Shown one piece after another: positions 62,173-64,000 of a stretch of DNA of 64,000 nt. Numbering within the stretch: position 1 is the stretch's first letter; the number at the start of each line of letters is the position of its first letter. The notes beneath the pieces were generated by a model. That model made no database searches. It was not told where the DNA came from and saw only the letters and a program-made list of their open reading frames with translations. This DNA comes from Pelomyxa schiedti (taxonomy: Eukaryota; Protista; Evosea), in contig JAHLWZ010000076.1 of NCBI GenBank assembly GCA_020536535.1, positions 1-64,000 of the forward strand. The letters are read 5' to 3'. Both the position numbers and the translations under genes were made by a program.

Positions 62173-63685
62173 TCATAGGGGATCCCATAGGGGAACTTCA
62201 CGCATGAGATATTCGAGGTCGCAGTGGTACATTCTTATGCCGCAGAGAAGCTGCTCTGGGAGCTGAGCCTCTGATTTGCCCTCGAGCAGAAATGCAAGAT
62301 CCACGACTAGTGACTTGACATATTTATTTATGACACCAATTATGGTGGTGCCAACTGATGTTGACCCAACGTCCAGGCATATCTCAAAATACTTGGTGCC
62401 GCGGAAGTACCTTGGTGTGTGTTACAGGGTGTTAGTTTTGCAGTCTTGTATCAGGATAAGAGAAGATGGGGTTAATGATACTTGCAAGCCAGTTTGGTTC
62501 CAACAAGTGCCGGCTTGTTTCCAACGGCTTTCTTGGCCAGCCATGGTCCCACAACCACACTTGGTATCATCTTAAGTGTAACATTTCGAGTTGCATCCGT
62601 CATATCAGGGGATTCGAACTGCTGTAGGAGCTGTCTCCTAAATATAGAAGTTATAACTGTTTATTGTTACGAAATTGGGACTAACGCTTTATCACTTAGC
62701 CGTGGGGTTTCTGGAAGTGCCGCATATATCAGTAGGTGTAGATACATGCCATCCATCAATACTTGGTGGTTGAAAACCAAAATATGAGGGCAGGCTGGGT
62801 TAGATAGAAGTGTTTGCAGAGGATTGGCTGGGTGACTAGAAATATTATCAATGCGTTTTTTACAGCGCACTAAATCGATAGAGAAAACATTGAGACCCGC
62901 AAAATCGGACGGTGCCTTTTTCTTTGCGGAAAGGTACTTTAGAGTTCTCACCTATTACAAGGTTGTTATTATCTTCCCTATGAGCCAAAAAAAAAAAAAA
63001 AAGGGAAAAACTTTGAACTCTGGTCCCTGCAGAATGGTCCATGTTTGGGGATCACCATCTTTGGACACACCATTAGCCTGAATAAGTTATGTTATCAGGT
63101 GTTGCTGTTTGCTGTGGAGAAGAAGAAGAAGAAGAAAAATAACCTTTCGAAGTAGGGCTCCGCCAGGGAAGTGAGGAACAGGGAAATTTATTGTCATCGG
63201 CGTATCTGCCAAGTCAGTTACAAAATATTTAACATGAGGAGACTGAGGAAGAAGAAGTAAGTGGGGTGTGCTCAAGTAGCATTTCAATGAAGAAAGATAT
63301 ATTCTGATCAACATCAACAACAAGTTGAGGCAAACTCACAAGGAATTGTGGGAGCCGACGACGGCGGCGGAGACAAGCTCGAGCCGTCGTCCCCCTTTCT
63401 GCGAGTGCTGCTGCATCGTTTGTGCGGCTTGCCCTTCCCGTCGTCGCTGTCGCTGCTGCTGCTGCTCCCGCTGCCGCTCGCGTTGCCGTCGTCGCTTTCG
63501 CTGGCCGCGGAGTGGCACCGGCCCCGCTGCCGCACCGCCGGCTTGTTGGAGCAGAACGGCGGCGGGGAGCTCGACGGCGAGGTCGTGGGCGTCGTTGGGG
63601 CGCTGTGGTTGGTGGCAGACGACGAGGTGGACGACGAGCTCGTGGTCGTGCACGACGACGTGGTGGTTGTGGCGGTGCTGGACAT
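62173..63685 (-). CDS. Stand-alone EDR2 C-terminal domain (DUF1336) protein
   Basis: WTILQGPEFK, IDLVRCKKRIDNI, LKMIPSVVVGPWLAKKAVGNKP, YFEICLDVGS, SLVVDLAFLLEG...LPEQLL. Ser/Thr-rich N-terminus; first intron ambiguous. Confidence 0.8.
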
Positions 63686-64000
63686 TGTGGATGGATGTTG
63701 TTGCGTGATGTTTTATAACGTCGGCGTCGATCGGGTGGCGCGTGGGGTGCGTGGCAAAAAGAAGCGATGCGATCCGCAGGCAAGCTTTTGTTGTTGTGGG
63801 TAGTGGTCGTGGGTTTTTCTTCCCACTTTTTTCGCGGTCTTTGTTTGTTTCTTCGTGTGTCTTGCGTAGTTTCGCTTTTCGCTTCCGCGACGACTCAACG
63901 CCGAAAACGGCAGTGGGTCAAAACCAGAACTCTACTCCTCATTGTGCACCAGATGTGCAGGTCGTGACAGTTTTGGGCGTTTGGGCTCGGGTGCCGCGGG

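Overview
Gene-dense, intron-rich eukaryotic DNA. Most introns are 30-70 nt GT-AG with weak donor consensus, and there is one 100-N scaffold gap. Gene content points to Amoebozoa (SKP1, LD/LIM paxillin, divergent Ras/Rab, BAR-RasGAP). One ORF family recalls Pelomyxa, from memory only. About 25 protein-coding genes were reconstructed by hand-splicing, so gene ends are approximate. Most are housekeeping: MKT1, TRAPPC9, TMEM104-like transporter, long-chain acyl-CoA synthetase, NAA25, SKP1, paxillin, HIRA. Two regions stand out. (1) 4786-9058: a 4.3-kb cassette bounded by 99-bp inverted repeats (89/99 identical, ungapped). It holds an intronless 583-aa ORF whose start codon lies in a third diverged repeat copy, and a decayed, almost CpG-free hAT transposase. 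A 51-bp exact copy of part of that ORF sits at window positions 9-59. (2) 50001-54060: a single spliced gene joining an acidic tail, BAH domain, ankyrin repeats, a degenerate PARP-like domain and an aprataxin-like HIT domain. No rRNA, tRNA or CRISPR array was found. No database searches were run; family calls rest on recalled motifs.
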